Below are positions 21,837-31,516 of a stretch of 64,000 nucleotides of DNA, piece after piece (within the stretch, counting starts at the first letter, position 1; each line of letters opens with the position of its first letter). The notes under the pieces were generated by a model. It saw only the letters and a list, made by a program, of their open reading frames with translations, was not told the origin of the DNA and ran no database searches. The translations under genes and the position numbers were made by a program. Source of the DNA: a virus. Where the stretch lies: the IMG/VR virus record IMGVR_UViG_3300022932_000015, positions 1-64,000 of that record; one strand, given 5' to 3'.

Positions 21837-22220
21837 TTAGTTTTTTAAATAATAATAAGTTATAAATAATTGTATATAATGTAGTACCTGATCAAATCCT
21901 ATAGATACAAAGAAATTATGTACTTTTCCTTCTGACCATAATTTAGTATTTAATCTACTAGTAAAATAATCAGTTAAAGTATGAGCTAAAAAAGTTATTA
22001 CAGGAAACCACATTAATGATGGTCCTATATGACAGATATTATTATAATCCATCAATCCCATAAAACTAATAGGAATGCACCAAGTCAAACTATAGATTCC
22101 TGTATGAGATAGTAAATCTATCCAATTATTACTTTTTCCCTTAGCTTGCTTATCTGTTTGTAATACAAAATCTGCTATCCAATGTATTATTATTATTGTA
22201 AATATTTCTATTAATGTCAT
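21837..22220 (-). CDS. DUF3307-like membrane protein
   Basis: HWIADFVLQT, H..Y, H..TD, GFDQVLH; hydrophobic segments. Confidence 0.8.
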   Translation of the reverse strand: MTLIEIFTIIIIHWIADFVLQTDKQAKGKSNNWIDLLSHTGIYSLTWCIPISFMGLMDYNNICHIGPSLMWFPVITFLAHTLTDYFTSRLNTKLWSEGKVHNFFVSIGFDQVLHYIQLFITYYYLKN

Positions 22221-22222
22221 AA

Positions 22223-23278
22223 TTATTTGTCTAATCTTATACCAACCATAACAGGAAATCTAGGGATACCATCATCCGTATATTCAAAGAATCTGAGTTC
22301 TGCAGTTTTGTTAATATAATTTTGTTTGTTTGTTAAAAACTCTTCTCTTTCTTCATGAGAATATTTCATACCAGAGCTAAACTTTTTACCATTTATTTCA
22401 AATATGGGTTGTCCCCAAGAAGGTCTTTGTTCTGATGGTATAATGTCTACTATAGAAAGAGCAATATCTTTAAAATCTTTATATTTCAAAAGATTACTAC
22501 TTCTACCATTGATCTTGTATCCATTGTCTCCCCATCTTATGATAGAACCTTCATATCCACCTGAAATATTCAAAGAATGAAACTCTTTAAGTTCTTCCTC
22601 ACTATTAATTTTGTAAGTAGAAACTTCACAACAAGTTTTTAATCCTTTTAGATATTTTCTAAAAGTTCTCAGATGAAATGCACTGTCTGTAATGATATCA
22701 TAAACATGAAACTTTATTAATTCTGAGGTATTTTCTCTCAACTTTTTAATCAATTTCATATTCTCTTGAAAAGTAAGACCATGAGCATATAGTTCACCAT
22801 CTAGAATAATATATTCTTTTATTGAAGATAAATCATTCATAATATGTTGCATATTTTCAATAAGTTTACCATCTCTACTAATTAGAGTAACAGTACCAGA
22901 TTTAATATGTGCTAGACACCTCATTCCATCTAATTTAGGTTGAATATAAGCATTAGACCAATCTATCTTCTTACATTCAGAATGATAATCTTTAGCTAAC
23001 ATTGGTAATATAGTATTATCTTTTTCTAGATCTTCTAACGTCAGGCAATAACCTTCAGTTAACTTATCAGCAATTTTGCTATTCATTTCAGATATAGCTT
23101 GCTCTTGTGGAGTAGTCACATTACTTCTACCTACATTTTTAGCCTTACAAGTTTTTCTATGTTCTACAGGACTTTCCGTACCTACAATACCAGATGCTTG
23201 TACTAATTCTGAACCTTCCACGGATATTTTAAGATATCTTATTTTACCTTTAGTATCCTTTTTATAAAGTATTTGCAT
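22223..23278 (-). CDS. lig: ATP-dependent DNA ligase
   Basis: PMLA, QPKLDGMRC, LDGELY, EGSIIR, LLKYK, PRFP. Confidence 0.92.
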   Translation of the reverse strand: MQILYKKDTKGKIRYLKISVEGSELVQASGIVGTESPVEHRKTCKAKNVGRSNVTTPQEQAISEMNSKIADKLTEGYCLTLEDLEKDNTILPMLAKDYHSECKKIDWSNAYIQPKLDGMRCLAHIKSGTVTLISRDGKLIENMQHIMNDLSSIKEYIILDGELYAHGLTFQENMKLIKKLRENTSELIKFHVYDIITDSAFHLRTFRKYLKGLKTCCEVSTYKINSEEELKEFHSLNISGGYEGSIIRWGDNGYKINGRSSNLLKYKDFKDIALSIVDIIPSEQRPSWGQPIFEINGKKFSSGMKYSHEEREEFLTNKQNYINKTAELRFFEYTDDGIPRFPVMVGIRLDK

Positions 23279-23280
23279 AA

Positions 23281-23538
23281 TTAAGTTGTATAGGGTTCAT
23301 TAATCACTTCATAAGTATCTTCAAATATATCTTTTCTAACTAACCACTTATCTTCATGATTACCAAAAACAATATAATGTTTTCCGTATTCTCCATATAA
23401 TAGTTTACCTTCTAATGTTTGAATAAAGGGAGTATTCTTTTCTCCAAATTCATCATTAGTTGGAACTAATCCATCTTCATCCCCTGGTTCAAATAATTTG
23501 AACTTTACAGGAATTGGTTTTTTAATTGCTGATTGCAT
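23281..23538 (-). CDS. PGDYG-like small phage protein
   Basis: KKP..V, IQTLEG, DIFEDTYE. Confidence 0.6.
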   Translation of the reverse strand: MQSAIKKPIPVKFKLFEPGDEDGLVPTNDEFGEKNTPFIQTLEGKLLYGEYGKHYIVFGNHEDKWLVRKDIFEDTYEVINEPYTT

Positions 23539-24049
23539 TTCTTTTAAATATTAATTTTTTATAGGTTTTTCTTTTACCTAATACTACAGCAGATACATTT
23601 CTAAAATCATACTCTTTATCTTTCATATCCTTATTACCAAATAGCTCATCTATTTGTTTATTAGTAGAATCAAAAACTAAAATAGAAGATTTGAATCTAC
23701 AAGATTCTTTTCCTATTTTAGTTTTCTTTAATCCTGTTATATGAGCATGTAATTGGTTTTCAGAATTTGTATTCCATTCAAGATTCCAATCATTGTTGTT
23801 AAGTTTATTACCATCTTTGTGATTAACTTGAGGTTTATTTTCAGGATTGTCAATAAAATGAATGGCTACTAACCTATGAATTCTAAAACTTAATTTTTGA
23901 TCTTTATAAGATAATCTAATTCTAGGATACCCTCTTTTATCTAAACCAAATTTTAGAATGTTTCCTGTAATATGATTTTTTACTTTTCCCTCATTTGATA
24001 TTTGATAATTATTACCAAAAATACCATTTATATTTTTCCATTGTTCCAT
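23522..24049 (-). CDS. NUMOD4-HNH homing endonuclease
   Basis: EQWK..YQISNEG; HRLVA..F; QVNHKDGNKLNN..NLEW..SEN. Confidence 0.9.
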   Translation of the reverse strand: MEQWKNINGIFGNNYQISNEGKVKNHITGNILKFGLDKRGYPRIRLSYKDQKLSFRIHRLVAIHFIDNPENKPQVNHKDGNKLNNNDWNLEWNTNSENQLHAHITGLKKTKIGKESCRFKSSILVFDSTNKQIDELFGNKDMKDKEYDFRNVSAVVLGKRKTYKKLIFKRNAISN

Positions 24050-24053
24050 ATTA

Positions 24054-24085
24054 CAAATGTATATAAAAATGATGATATAATCTAA
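24054..24085 (-). promoter_or_regulatory. Bacteroidota sigma-A-type promoter of the HNH gene
   Basis: TTAG-N20-TACATTTG ending 4 nt before the ATG. Confidence 0.6.
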
Positions 24086-24091
24086 TATTTA

Positions 24092-25000
24092 TCAAAATAT
24101 ATTTAATTGATATACCTTAGGTATATTATGTTCTTTTACAGAATTTGTAGTATAAATTGCATCAAACCATTTTAAAGCGTTATGCAAACCCACTGTTTGA
24201 ATAGAATGAGTAACAATTAGATATTTTTTACCTTTATGGTCAACATCATTAAAAACTGCAGATATATTAATAAAAGTTTTACCATAATCAAATATGTCAT
24301 CCACTATTATAATATCCTTATTTAAATCAATAGATTCGATATTAGGAACTACACATTTAGTTAACTTTCCATCTTCATCTCTTTCTTTACTACAAGTAAT
24401 AATATCCCCTTTATAACCAATTTGTTCAGCTAATTTATAGATTTTATGACTAGCCCCAGCATCAGGAGATACTAATATACAATTATCCAATCCTTTATAA
24501 TACCCCTTTTCATGGTATCCCAAATCATGTGTAGCCCAACTAAATAATTTTATATTAGATTCTTTGCTAAAATTATTTAAACAAGCTTCTAAAACATGAG
24601 AATGTGGATCAAGTACTGTAACTGATTCAAAGTTAAGACTATTAATAACAGGACAAATAACATCTTTTAGATAATTACAAGAACCTTGTTCAAATTGCCT
24701 ATCTGATCTAGACCCTAAGAAGTAGGGAATATACAAGGTTATTTCTTTTATACCAATATTCCTTAGTGCTTTAGTGGAGCAAATAAGTAATTCTACATCT
24801 TGAAAATTATTTAATCTAGATTTTATATGAACTTGATACAGATTTCCATAATTCAAACTCCTTAAAGTCCCATTATTTACTCTAATTGTTTCATATAGAA
24901 ACCCTTCATCAATAGTAATATTTTGCTGTCCATCTGGAAACTTACTTATTTTATATTTTATTTCTGATTTTTCTAGATCTACTAGATTTAATATTTTCAT
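24092..25000 (-). CDS. prs: Ribose-phosphate pyrophosphokinase-like protein (Prs/Adps)
   Basis: KFPDG, PYFLGSRSDR, DPHS, SPDAGA, KER, IVDDI. Confidence 0.88.
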   Translation of the reverse strand: MKILNLVDLEKSEIKYKISKFPDGQQNITIDEGFLYETIRVNNGTLRSLNYGNLYQVHIKSRLNNFQDVELLICSTKALRNIGIKEITLYIPYFLGSRSDRQFEQGSCNYLKDVICPVINSLNFESVTVLDPHSHVLEACLNNFSKESNIKLFSWATHDLGYHEKGYYKGLDNCILVSPDAGASHKIYKLAEQIGYKGDIITCSKERDEDGKLTKCVVPNIESIDLNKDIIIVDDIFDYGKTFINISAVFNDVDHKGKKYLIVTHSIQTVGLHNALKWFDAIYTTNSVKEHNIPKVYQLNIF

Positions 25001-25671
25001 AATTCAATTATTATTCCCTTACTTGTCAATCCAAATTCAAACTTTCTATCTGTAACAGAAGATACATTATGAAATTTAGTTCTAAGATCATGCAAAGTAC
25101 GTGTTCCTTTATTAAAACAATCCATAAAATTATGAATATGCCCAAAAATATGATGCTTTGGTCTTACTCTATAAACATGGTTAAGTAATTCTTTATCTCC
25201 ACAATATTCTAATTTGTCATCTCTATCTCTTGATAAATCTAATATACCTTGAGGTGGACCGTGAGTTACAAGAATATCAGTATTTTCTGGTATTTGTTGC
25301 CATAGAGGATCTAATCTACCTTTTTTCTTCATAAAAGACCAAGTACCAAATATAGGAGTATAAGGACTACCAAATATATTTATTCCTTCTATAACAACAG
25401 ACTCATGTTCTAAATATACAATACTTTTAAAATTTTCTTTAGGTCTTACTAATCTCGCTTCAATACTAGTATCATGATTACCTGCAATTAGAACTTTATA
25501 TTTTACATTAAGATCATCATACCATGATAGAAAATCTACAGCTTCTTGTTGATTAAACATTGGATTTTGAATATTACTAAAGTCTCCTGCATGAATTATC
25601 ATATCAATTCCAGAAAAATCCTTTAATTCCTTATGGAATCCATGCGTATCACTAATTGCTAATATCTTCAT
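24997..25671 (-). CDS. Metallophosphoesterase (MPPED-like)
   Basis: ISDTHG, HAGD, AGNHD, THGPP, FGHIH. Confidence 0.9.
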   Translation of the reverse strand: MKILAISDTHGFHKELKDFSGIDMIIHAGDFSNIQNPMFNQQEAVDFLSWYDDLNVKYKVLIAGNHDTSIEARLVRPKENFKSIVYLEHESVVIEGINIFGSPYTPIFGTWSFMKKKGRLDPLWQQIPENTDILVTHGPPQGILDLSRDRDDKLEYCGDKELLNHVYRVRPKHHIFGHIHNFMDCFNKGTRTLHDLRTKFHNVSSVTDRKFEFGLTSKGIIIEL

Positions 25672-25678
25672 AATAGTG

Positions 25679-25933
25679 TTATTTAAATCTCGTTGAATTA
25701 CACCAGTGTGTAGTTAAAGGTAACCTTTCTCTACATTTGTAGCATTCTACATAACCAATTAGTAAAGGCAATCCTACATTATAATGTTTTTGCCCACATC
25801 CACAAATAATTATTTCCTTTAGGGTGTAGGTGGTATCTAATTTCAATTCAGGTCCTATTTCATTAACAGGAAATGGTTTATCATTGATACAGATTATTTC
25901 TGTACCAATTTCAGGTATATTTTGTTCTTCCAT
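25679..25933 (-). CDS. Small Cys-rich protein
   Basis: CGCG, CYKC, HW. Confidence 0.55.
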   Translation of the reverse strand: MEEQNIPEIGTEIICINDKPFPVNEIGPELKLDTTYTLKEIIICGCGQKHYNVGLPLLIGYVECYKCRERLPLTTHWCNSTRFK

Positions 25934-25941
25934 AATATATT

Positions 25942-26661
25942 TTAAGCTTGTTTAATTTCTCTAGTTTCTAAATTCATTATAGTTAATAAATCTCCCTTAC
26001 CACAGCCAGTATCAAGATTTGTTATATTGGCTACTTTCAATGGTACAGAATATCCAAAATGTGTTGTAGGAGTATGTCCTATAAATATCTCCTTAAAGTT
26101 ATTTTTATTTTTAAAAGGATGAGATTCTTTAGTCTTCATATATTCCCAACCCATAGCTGCTTGTAATAGATCTCTATCCCAAAGTAAATCATTTACTTCT
26201 TGATCTTGTATCAAATGATGTCTATTAAAACCACCATGTACAAAACAATTATTATTCTCATCTATATAATAATTCAATTGGTTATTAAAGAAGTCTATAT
26301 GACTCTGAGTTACATCACTTATAAAAAAGTCTGTTGTTCCATCTTCTATGTTATAAGATCTAGTTGGAATACAATGCTGAATATAAGATTCTAAAGTTTC
26401 TCTACCACCTTGATTAAATAATATATTAGGTTTATTAAGAGTAATTGAATCCCACCAAGTTTTATCGTGATTTCCTTTTATAGAAACTAAATTCTTTATT
26501 TGTAGTAATTCCTCAACTACTAAATAACTATCTGGACCACGATCTACTACATCTCCTAATTGTATTAATTTGTCATTATTATAGTCAAAATTAACTTGTT
26601 GAAGACAGCTCATCAACTTATCATACATCGCATGAATGTCACCCATTACAAAAGTTCTCAT
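25942..26661 (-). CDS. Ser/Thr protein phosphatase-like (lambda-PP/ApaH family)
   Basis: GDIH, GDVVDRG, GNHD, VHGG, GHTPT, LDTG. Confidence 0.9.
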   Translation of the reverse strand: MRTFVMGDIHAMYDKLMSCLQQVNFDYNNDKLIQLGDVVDRGPDSYLVVEELLQIKNLVSIKGNHDKTWWDSITLNKPNILFNQGGRETLESYIQHCIPTRSYNIEDGTTDFFISDVTQSHIDFFNNQLNYYIDENNNCFVHGGFNRHHLIQDQEVNDLLWDRDLLQAAMGWEYMKTKESHPFKNKNNFKEIFIGHTPTTHFGYSVPLKVANITNLDTGCGKGDLLTIMNLETREIKQA

Positions 26662-26678
26662 ATGTTTTAATTTAAAGA

Positions 26679-26754
26679 ACTACGAAGCTCCTCTATACTG
26701 TTAAAAATTCAATCAAAATTTTATAGTTTAAGTATAGTGGTTTTACTTCGTAGT
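26679..26754. other. Long intergenic hairpin
   Basis: ACTACGAAG/CTTCGTAGT outer arms and CTATACT/AGTATAG inner arms. Confidence 0.6.
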
Positions 26755-26773
26755 CTATTTTTATAAATTGATT

Positions 26774-27211
26774 TTAATTACTAAGATATATTATCATAGC
26801 CTGTAAAGTATGTACATTATCTTTAATTTTGCCTAAAGCAAGATTACAGTCATCACATAAAATACCTCTAACTTTATTAGAAATGTGACAATGATCAACA
26901 ACAAGTTTTGTAGTTGAGAAACATGTTTTACAAGTATAATTTTGTTCTTTTAATATTCTATTGTAATCATCTAATGTAATGCCATATTTATACATAAGAT
27001 TTCTACTTTTACCCGAAATTAAATAATTTCGTTTAGCAGAGTCTCTAGCCTGCTTTCTAACTCTATCTAAATTTTCATTTCTATAAATGTATTTTACATT
27101 ATTTGTGCAAGTTTTGCATCTTCTAGTATAACCAGAATCATAATCTTTACTCTTTTCAAACTCATTTAAATTCTTTTCACTTTTACAGATTCTACATATT
27201 TGTTTTTGCAT
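26774..27211 (-). CDS. Endonuclease VII-like homing endonuclease
   Basis: N-terminal CxxC pairs; YGIT..DY..EQ..CxxC..VDHCH..VRGILC..CN..LG; ATG at 27211 preferred over TTG at 27217. Confidence 0.85.
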   Translation of the reverse strand: MQKQICRICKSEKNLNEFEKSKDYDSGYTRRCKTCTNNVKYIYRNENLDRVRKQARDSAKRNYLISGKSRNLMYKYGITLDDYNRILKEQNYTCKTCFSTTKLVVDHCHISNKVRGILCDDCNLALGKIKDNVHTLQAMIIYLSN

Positions 27212-27214
27212 ATA

Positions 27215-27222
27215 CAAATTTA
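27215..27222 (-). promoter_or_regulatory. Bacteroidota -7 promoter element
   Basis: TAAATTTG ending 3 nt before ATG 27211. Confidence 0.5.
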
Positions 27223-27242
27223 AGAAAATATTAGAGTAAAAC

Positions 27243-28115
27243 CTATAATGACATTAACTTTACTATAGGTGTAGTTCCAGAATCTAATACTAAACCTAAG
27301 CTAATTATAGGCTTACTAGTAAATGATTTACCATAATCAAATGCATATTCATGTCTATCTGCTCCCCAACCAACTTGTAGTCCAAATATTGCATCTTTCT
27401 CAGATACTGACCATTGTACAAAAGTTTTACTATGAAAATGCCCTTGACAAGTAGAGATTCTAGACTCCTTAGCTACTTTGAAAGCATCTCCAACACTACC
27501 ATGTTTATATAATACATTATGGAATGTATGTTCAAGTTTAAATTCCCAAGTCTTAGGAGCATTAATAACATCACCAAATCCTTTTATAAAATGCTTAGAT
27601 AATCCTATAGTTTTAGCCTTACGTTGAATTAGTAAGTCATGATTCCCCATTAAACTAATAGCTTTAGGGAAAGCTCTAAACCATTCTTCTAGTTGGATTC
27701 TAGCAGCACTTAACTCAGCCCCAACAGACATACCATCTACATCTTTTTCATGGTAAGACCAAGCATGACCATCAACAATATCTCCTGCAAATATAACTGT
27801 ACCACAATCATATTTCTCTTGTTGTTCCTTACAAAAATCTAATACTCCTTCTTTAATAAATGGAGCATGTAAATCTGGTAAAAATATAACATTATTAGGA
27901 TTTAATTGTTTCTTAATGATACTAGATTTAGTAATTTTGGTATCTTCTTGATGAATTTTATAATCAATATTAGCTTCTACTAATGCTTTTCTATAGTCGT
28001 TAACTTTAGCAGAAAATTTATTTTCAAAGGCTAGATTTACTGCAGACTTCTTTAAATACCCTGGTTTACTAAGTAACCAATCATATATCTTTTTTTGCTT
28101 CTTTGTTAGCTTCAT
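27243..28115 (-). CDS. Metallophosphoesterase
   Basis: PDLH, AGDIVD, GNHD, HG, GHFH. Confidence 0.85.
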   Translation of the reverse strand: MKLTKKQKKIYDWLLSKPGYLKKSAVNLAFENKFSAKVNDYRKALVEANIDYKIHQEDTKITKSSIIKKQLNPNNVIFLPDLHAPFIKEGVLDFCKEQQEKYDCGTVIFAGDIVDGHAWSYHEKDVDGMSVGAELSAARIQLEEWFRAFPKAISLMGNHDLLIQRKAKTIGLSKHFIKGFGDVINAPKTWEFKLEHTFHNVLYKHGSVGDAFKVAKESRISTCQGHFHSKTFVQWSVSEKDAIFGLQVGWGADRHEYAFDYGKSFTSKPIISLGLVLDSGTTPIVKLMSL

Positions 28116-28488
28116 TTTTGGATTTTAGATTAAAATAATAATTTGCTTCTAAGCCATTATTTTTCTCATTAATCATACATCCTTGTATTCCAAATATTAT
28201 TGCACTTAAATGATCCTCAGATCTATCTCCATCTAGATAAGCAGCAAGATGCCTGTCAACAGACTCCAAATATTGCTCCGTAGGCATACCCTTCTCCCAA
28301 TTACTGGGACCATAATTCCTGGCTCCTAAATTCATATGATAGCCAAATCTAATTCTTGTGTATCCTTTCATATCATGTATAAAAGGCTTGTTAGTATTTG
28401 AATCTCGTTGTGCACCAGATTCAAATACTCTATTTTTAATAGTATCAAGTCTGTCTTTAGCTTCTGTAATATCAGCTTTTTTGCCCAT
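28081..28488 (-). CDS. dATP/dGTP diphosphohydrolase-like protein (DUF5664-type)
   Basis: FESGAQRD, GARNYG..NWEKG, S..RHL, EDHL. Confidence 0.75.
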   Translation of the reverse strand: MGKKADITEAKDRLDTIKNRVFESGAQRDSNTNKPFIHDMKGYTRIRFGYHMNLGARNYGPSNWEKGMPTEQYLESVDRHLAAYLDGDRSEDHLSAIIFGIQGCMINEKNNGLEANYYFNLKSKNEANKEAKKDI

Positions 28489-29305
28489 GAACTTTAACTC
28501 TTTTATTTATTCTGTGAATTTCTTGAGTCAATTGATTTGTAGATTTTCCAACTTCCTTGGAGATGTATTTATAGGGGAATCCTTGTAAATATAAAGAATA
28601 TTGCTTTATCCACCTATCATCTTTAAATATCTCATCAAAGTTATCAACTTTAGATTTGATTAAGTCCTTATCAATGATAGGTTCAGCTTTTACTTCAGGT
28701 TTCTTATTAATTTTTTTTTTATTAACAATAAATATTCTCTCACTATCTGCGTTTTTCCTTATCTTATTTACAATAGAAGTAATGAAACTATAAGGAGCAT
28801 CAAACATATTACCTATTTCAGTCTTGCCATAACCTTCTATATATTTGGATATAGCCATTCTTTCAGAGAATCTTAACCCACGCATATAAAAATTATAGTC
28901 AGGATGGGTCGTTATATCCTCTATTGGAAATACTTTCATGTTTTCATAATTTTTACTTTCAAATAAATAGAAATCTTTTGCTGAATCATCAATTCTATTT
29001 AGCTGTCTGTTAACATTATTTCTTACCAACCTATTTCCACTACTGTAAGCCCAGAAAGTGCAATTTTTCATTCTTTGTATGAAATTACCATATTCTATAG
29101 GTTCATGTTCCTTGTTAAAATAGTGAGTATAAACAAAAAGGAATACATCTTGATAAAGGTCTTCAGCATCATGTTTATGTTTAAACCAATGACTAGAAGA
29201 CCTTTTTTGAGTAAGATTAATACAATACTCAAGTATAATTGGTTTTATCTTTAAGAAGTCATCAATTGTATAATTATTTAATGTTATATTTTTCAATGTA
29301 GTCAT
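28472..29305 (-). CDS. Sigma-factor-like protein
   Basis: DAEDLYQDVFL region-2-like motif; two region-4-like HTH segments. Confidence 0.55.
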   Translation of the reverse strand: MTTLKNITLNNYTIDDFLKIKPIILEYCINLTQKRSSSHWFKHKHDAEDLYQDVFLFVYTHYFNKEHEPIEYGNFIQRMKNCTFWAYSSGNRLVRNNVNRQLNRIDDSAKDFYLFESKNYENMKVFPIEDITTHPDYNFYMRGLRFSERMAISKYIEGYGKTEIGNMFDAPYSFITSIVNKIRKNADSERIFIVNKKKINKKPEVKAEPIIDKDLIKSKVDNFDEIFKDDRWIKQYSLYLQGFPYKYISKEVGKSTNQLTQEIHRINKRVKVHGQKS

Positions 29306-29492
29306 CTAATGTTATTGTCAGTTCTAAATCATTTTTCGGTACTTCTTTAAAAAGCTCTTTAATCAAATCACAAAATGGTACTTTATCATTAGCAGTCCAT
29401 ATTCTATCTATTTTATTTAAAATTGGGAAGATTCTTTCTTTAGACGTTAATCCACTATCTAATACTTCCTTTATTCCATCTTTATTCTCCAT
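29274..29492 (-). CDS. Hypothetical protein
   Basis: Coupled ORF. Confidence 0.55.
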   Translation of the reverse strand: MENKDGIKEVLDSGLTSKERIFPILNKIDRIWTANDKVPFCDLIKELFKEVPKNDLELTITLDDYIEKYNIK

Positions 29493-30133
29493 TATTGTAC
29501 AGTTATAGTTTCTAATTCATCTGAAGTATAAAAATGCTCATACATCTTTTTAGGTGCCTTATAAACTTCTTTAAATAGAGTATAATCCTCATCAAGATGA
29601 GCTGCCCATAATTTCCTCTTTTCATCAGTAGGATATAAACATTCATATATAGTAGGTAAAAAACTCGTAGGATCTAAAGTTTTTCTATAAGTTCTTACTA
29701 ATATTGATTTATAAGCTTCTGATGTCTGTGAATATTTACCTTCAATAAAAAGATCAAAGTCATCTTTAAAATGTTGAGGTAAAATATATATTAGTAAATA
29801 GTCATTAGTAATAACTATAGATTCAAAATTTTCATTTAAAAATTGAGAATCTACAAATTTTGATACACTTTGATCACAAAATTTATCATTTAGGACAACA
29901 ACTATTTTTATCTTTTCTTCATTAATAAAAAAATGAACATTAATCAGTAACTTTTCATGCAACTTTTCAATGTCCATTTCTGTAATACCTACTAAGGGTA
30001 ATAAAAACTTAGTAGATAGGGTATGGTTAATACTACCATCTTTATAATATCCGTTATTTTCTAACCATTGGATTCTATCCATATTTGTCTTATTATTAAG
30101 TATATTAATACTTTTAAGACATTTTTCCCACAT
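29492..30133 (-). CDS. Hypothetical replication-module protein
   Basis: FLLP...F..GKYS; operon packing. Confidence 0.6.
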   Translation of the reverse strand: MWEKCLKSINILNNKTNMDRIQWLENNGYYKDGSINHTLSTKFLLPLVGITEMDIEKLHEKLLINVHFFINEEKIKIVVVLNDKFCDQSVSKFVDSQFLNENFESIVITNDYLLIYILPQHFKDDFDLFIEGKYSQTSEAYKSILVRTYRKTLDPTSFLPTIYECLYPTDEKRKLWAAHLDEDYTLFKEVYKAPKKMYEHFYTSDELETITVQ

Positions 30134-30905
30134 AATTTATAGGTTCTGGTATAACAAAACCTTCAGATTTATCTAATATTTTTAAACATTTATACATTTT
30201 TGTATACTCATCTAAGGCAATCTCAAAATCTTTATAATAATCATAATAGGCTTGTAGAACTTTAACATAATTAGGAACCCACAATTCTAAATCAGGAGCT
30301 AGGACATTCGGTTTAAAGAGCTGTTCAACATATTTTTCACCTTTGCCTTTTAATCCAATCAATCCATCTCCTGGTTGACCACATATCATATCAGACCAGA
30401 AAGCTGTATCTGCTTCACCAGTATTTACAGTTACCCATTCATTTTTCTTCCAATTGTAATGTGTACCTTCTAGAGACAATAAATCTTTATCAATTGCAGT
30501 AATAAAACTATCTTTTATATTTAATCTTGTGATATTGACAGCATCATCCACTTCCAAACCATTAACTTCCACAGCCTTCCACCGCTGAATCATAGATTGT
30601 TTAGTAAATTCCCAGAACTTAGGCTGCTTAGCATTTCTATTAGATTTATATAAAGGATTGATGGATAGTCTATTTATTATGGTATTCTTACCTTTTACAA
30701 AACCTATATAATCAGTAAATCCACCAGAAGACAAAATATTATCCATAAGAGAATCCAAAGAAGCTTCTATTTGTCTTTCTGACTTATCCTGATAAACAAA
30801 TTTATTATTCTCTCTGAGTGGATTTCCATTAGCATCTAATACTTTATTTGGATGGAAAGCTATATAAGCTATACTATCACAATCTATAATAGCTATCTTA
30901 CCCAT
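30114..30905 (-). CDS. 5'-3' exonuclease / flap endonuclease (T7 gp6-like)
   Basis: IDCDS, YKSNR, EVDD, DKDL, GQPGD..G..GKG. Confidence 0.85.
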   Translation of the reverse strand: MGKIAIIDCDSIAYIAFHPNKVLDANGNPLRENNKFVYQDKSERQIEASLDSLMDNILSSGGFTDYIGFVKGKNTIINRLSINPLYKSNRNAKQPKFWEFTKQSMIQRWKAVEVNGLEVDDAVNITRLNIKDSFITAIDKDLLSLEGTHYNWKKNEWVTVNTGEADTAFWSDMICGQPGDGLIGLKGKGEKYVEQLFKPNVLAPDLELWVPNYVKVLQAYYDYYKDFEIALDEYTKMYKCLKILDKSEGFVIPEPINYVGKMS

Positions 30906-31068
30906 TTTTACTAATAAATTTAATTAAATCTTCAATATTTTTACTCTTTATGACGTCTTCACTACTAAGAGTACCATTAAGATACTCTGTAGATTTATCT
31001 CTTTTTACTGCATTCCAATAGCCTGTATGAGGATTAAAATGCAAATAATAACTATATAAGTTTTCCAT
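30898..31068 (-). CDS. Small hypothetical protein (56 aa, not in ORF track)
   Basis: MENLYSYYLHFNPHTGYW...; fills the gap and overlaps the next start. Confidence 0.6.
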   Translation of the reverse strand: MENLYSYYLHFNPHTGYWNAVKRDKSTEYLNGTLSSEDVIKSKNIEDLIKFISKNG

Positions 31069-31069
31069 G

Positions 31070-31516
31070 TTATTTAAATTGTTTCAATTTATAGATATAA
31101 TTTGTATCAGAAGCATATTTAACATCAACTAAAAACTTATAATAATCCCCTCCTTTATAATTTATATTTTGAAAGTGAGCATAATGAATTAAAGATTCTC
31201 TCCAATTAGCATAATGTCTAATACTATTACCTTTCATAAAACCAAAGAGATTATTGTGATTTCTAAAAGCTGAAGAGGTATAATTACCAGTTTCCAATTT
31301 AGATTGTGCTATTACAATGTTAGGACATTCTATTTCTAGTATATCCATCAACTTATTAAAGTTATCTTCATTGAATTCTTCTAGACAAAGAGTATCTTTT
31401 TTATTAATTTTATTATCTTTGGGAGGGGTACTATTGAAACAAGCTACCAACACCCAAGCATAAAATACAGATATAGCCAATCCAAAACATGCTACTATTA
31501 AAATATTTTTATTCAT
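31070..31516 (-). CDS. Membrane-anchored glucosaminidase (GH73/FlgJ-like)
   Basis: N-terminal TM; AQSKLETG, NNLFG, YASD..Y. Confidence 0.75.
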   Translation of the reverse strand: MNKNILIVACFGLAISVFYAWVLVACFNSTPPKDNKINKKDTLCLEEFNEDNFNKLMDILEIECPNIVIAQSKLETGNYTSSAFRNHNNLFGFMKGNSIRHYANWRESLIHYAHFQNINYKGGDYYKFLVDVKYASDTNYIYKLKQFK

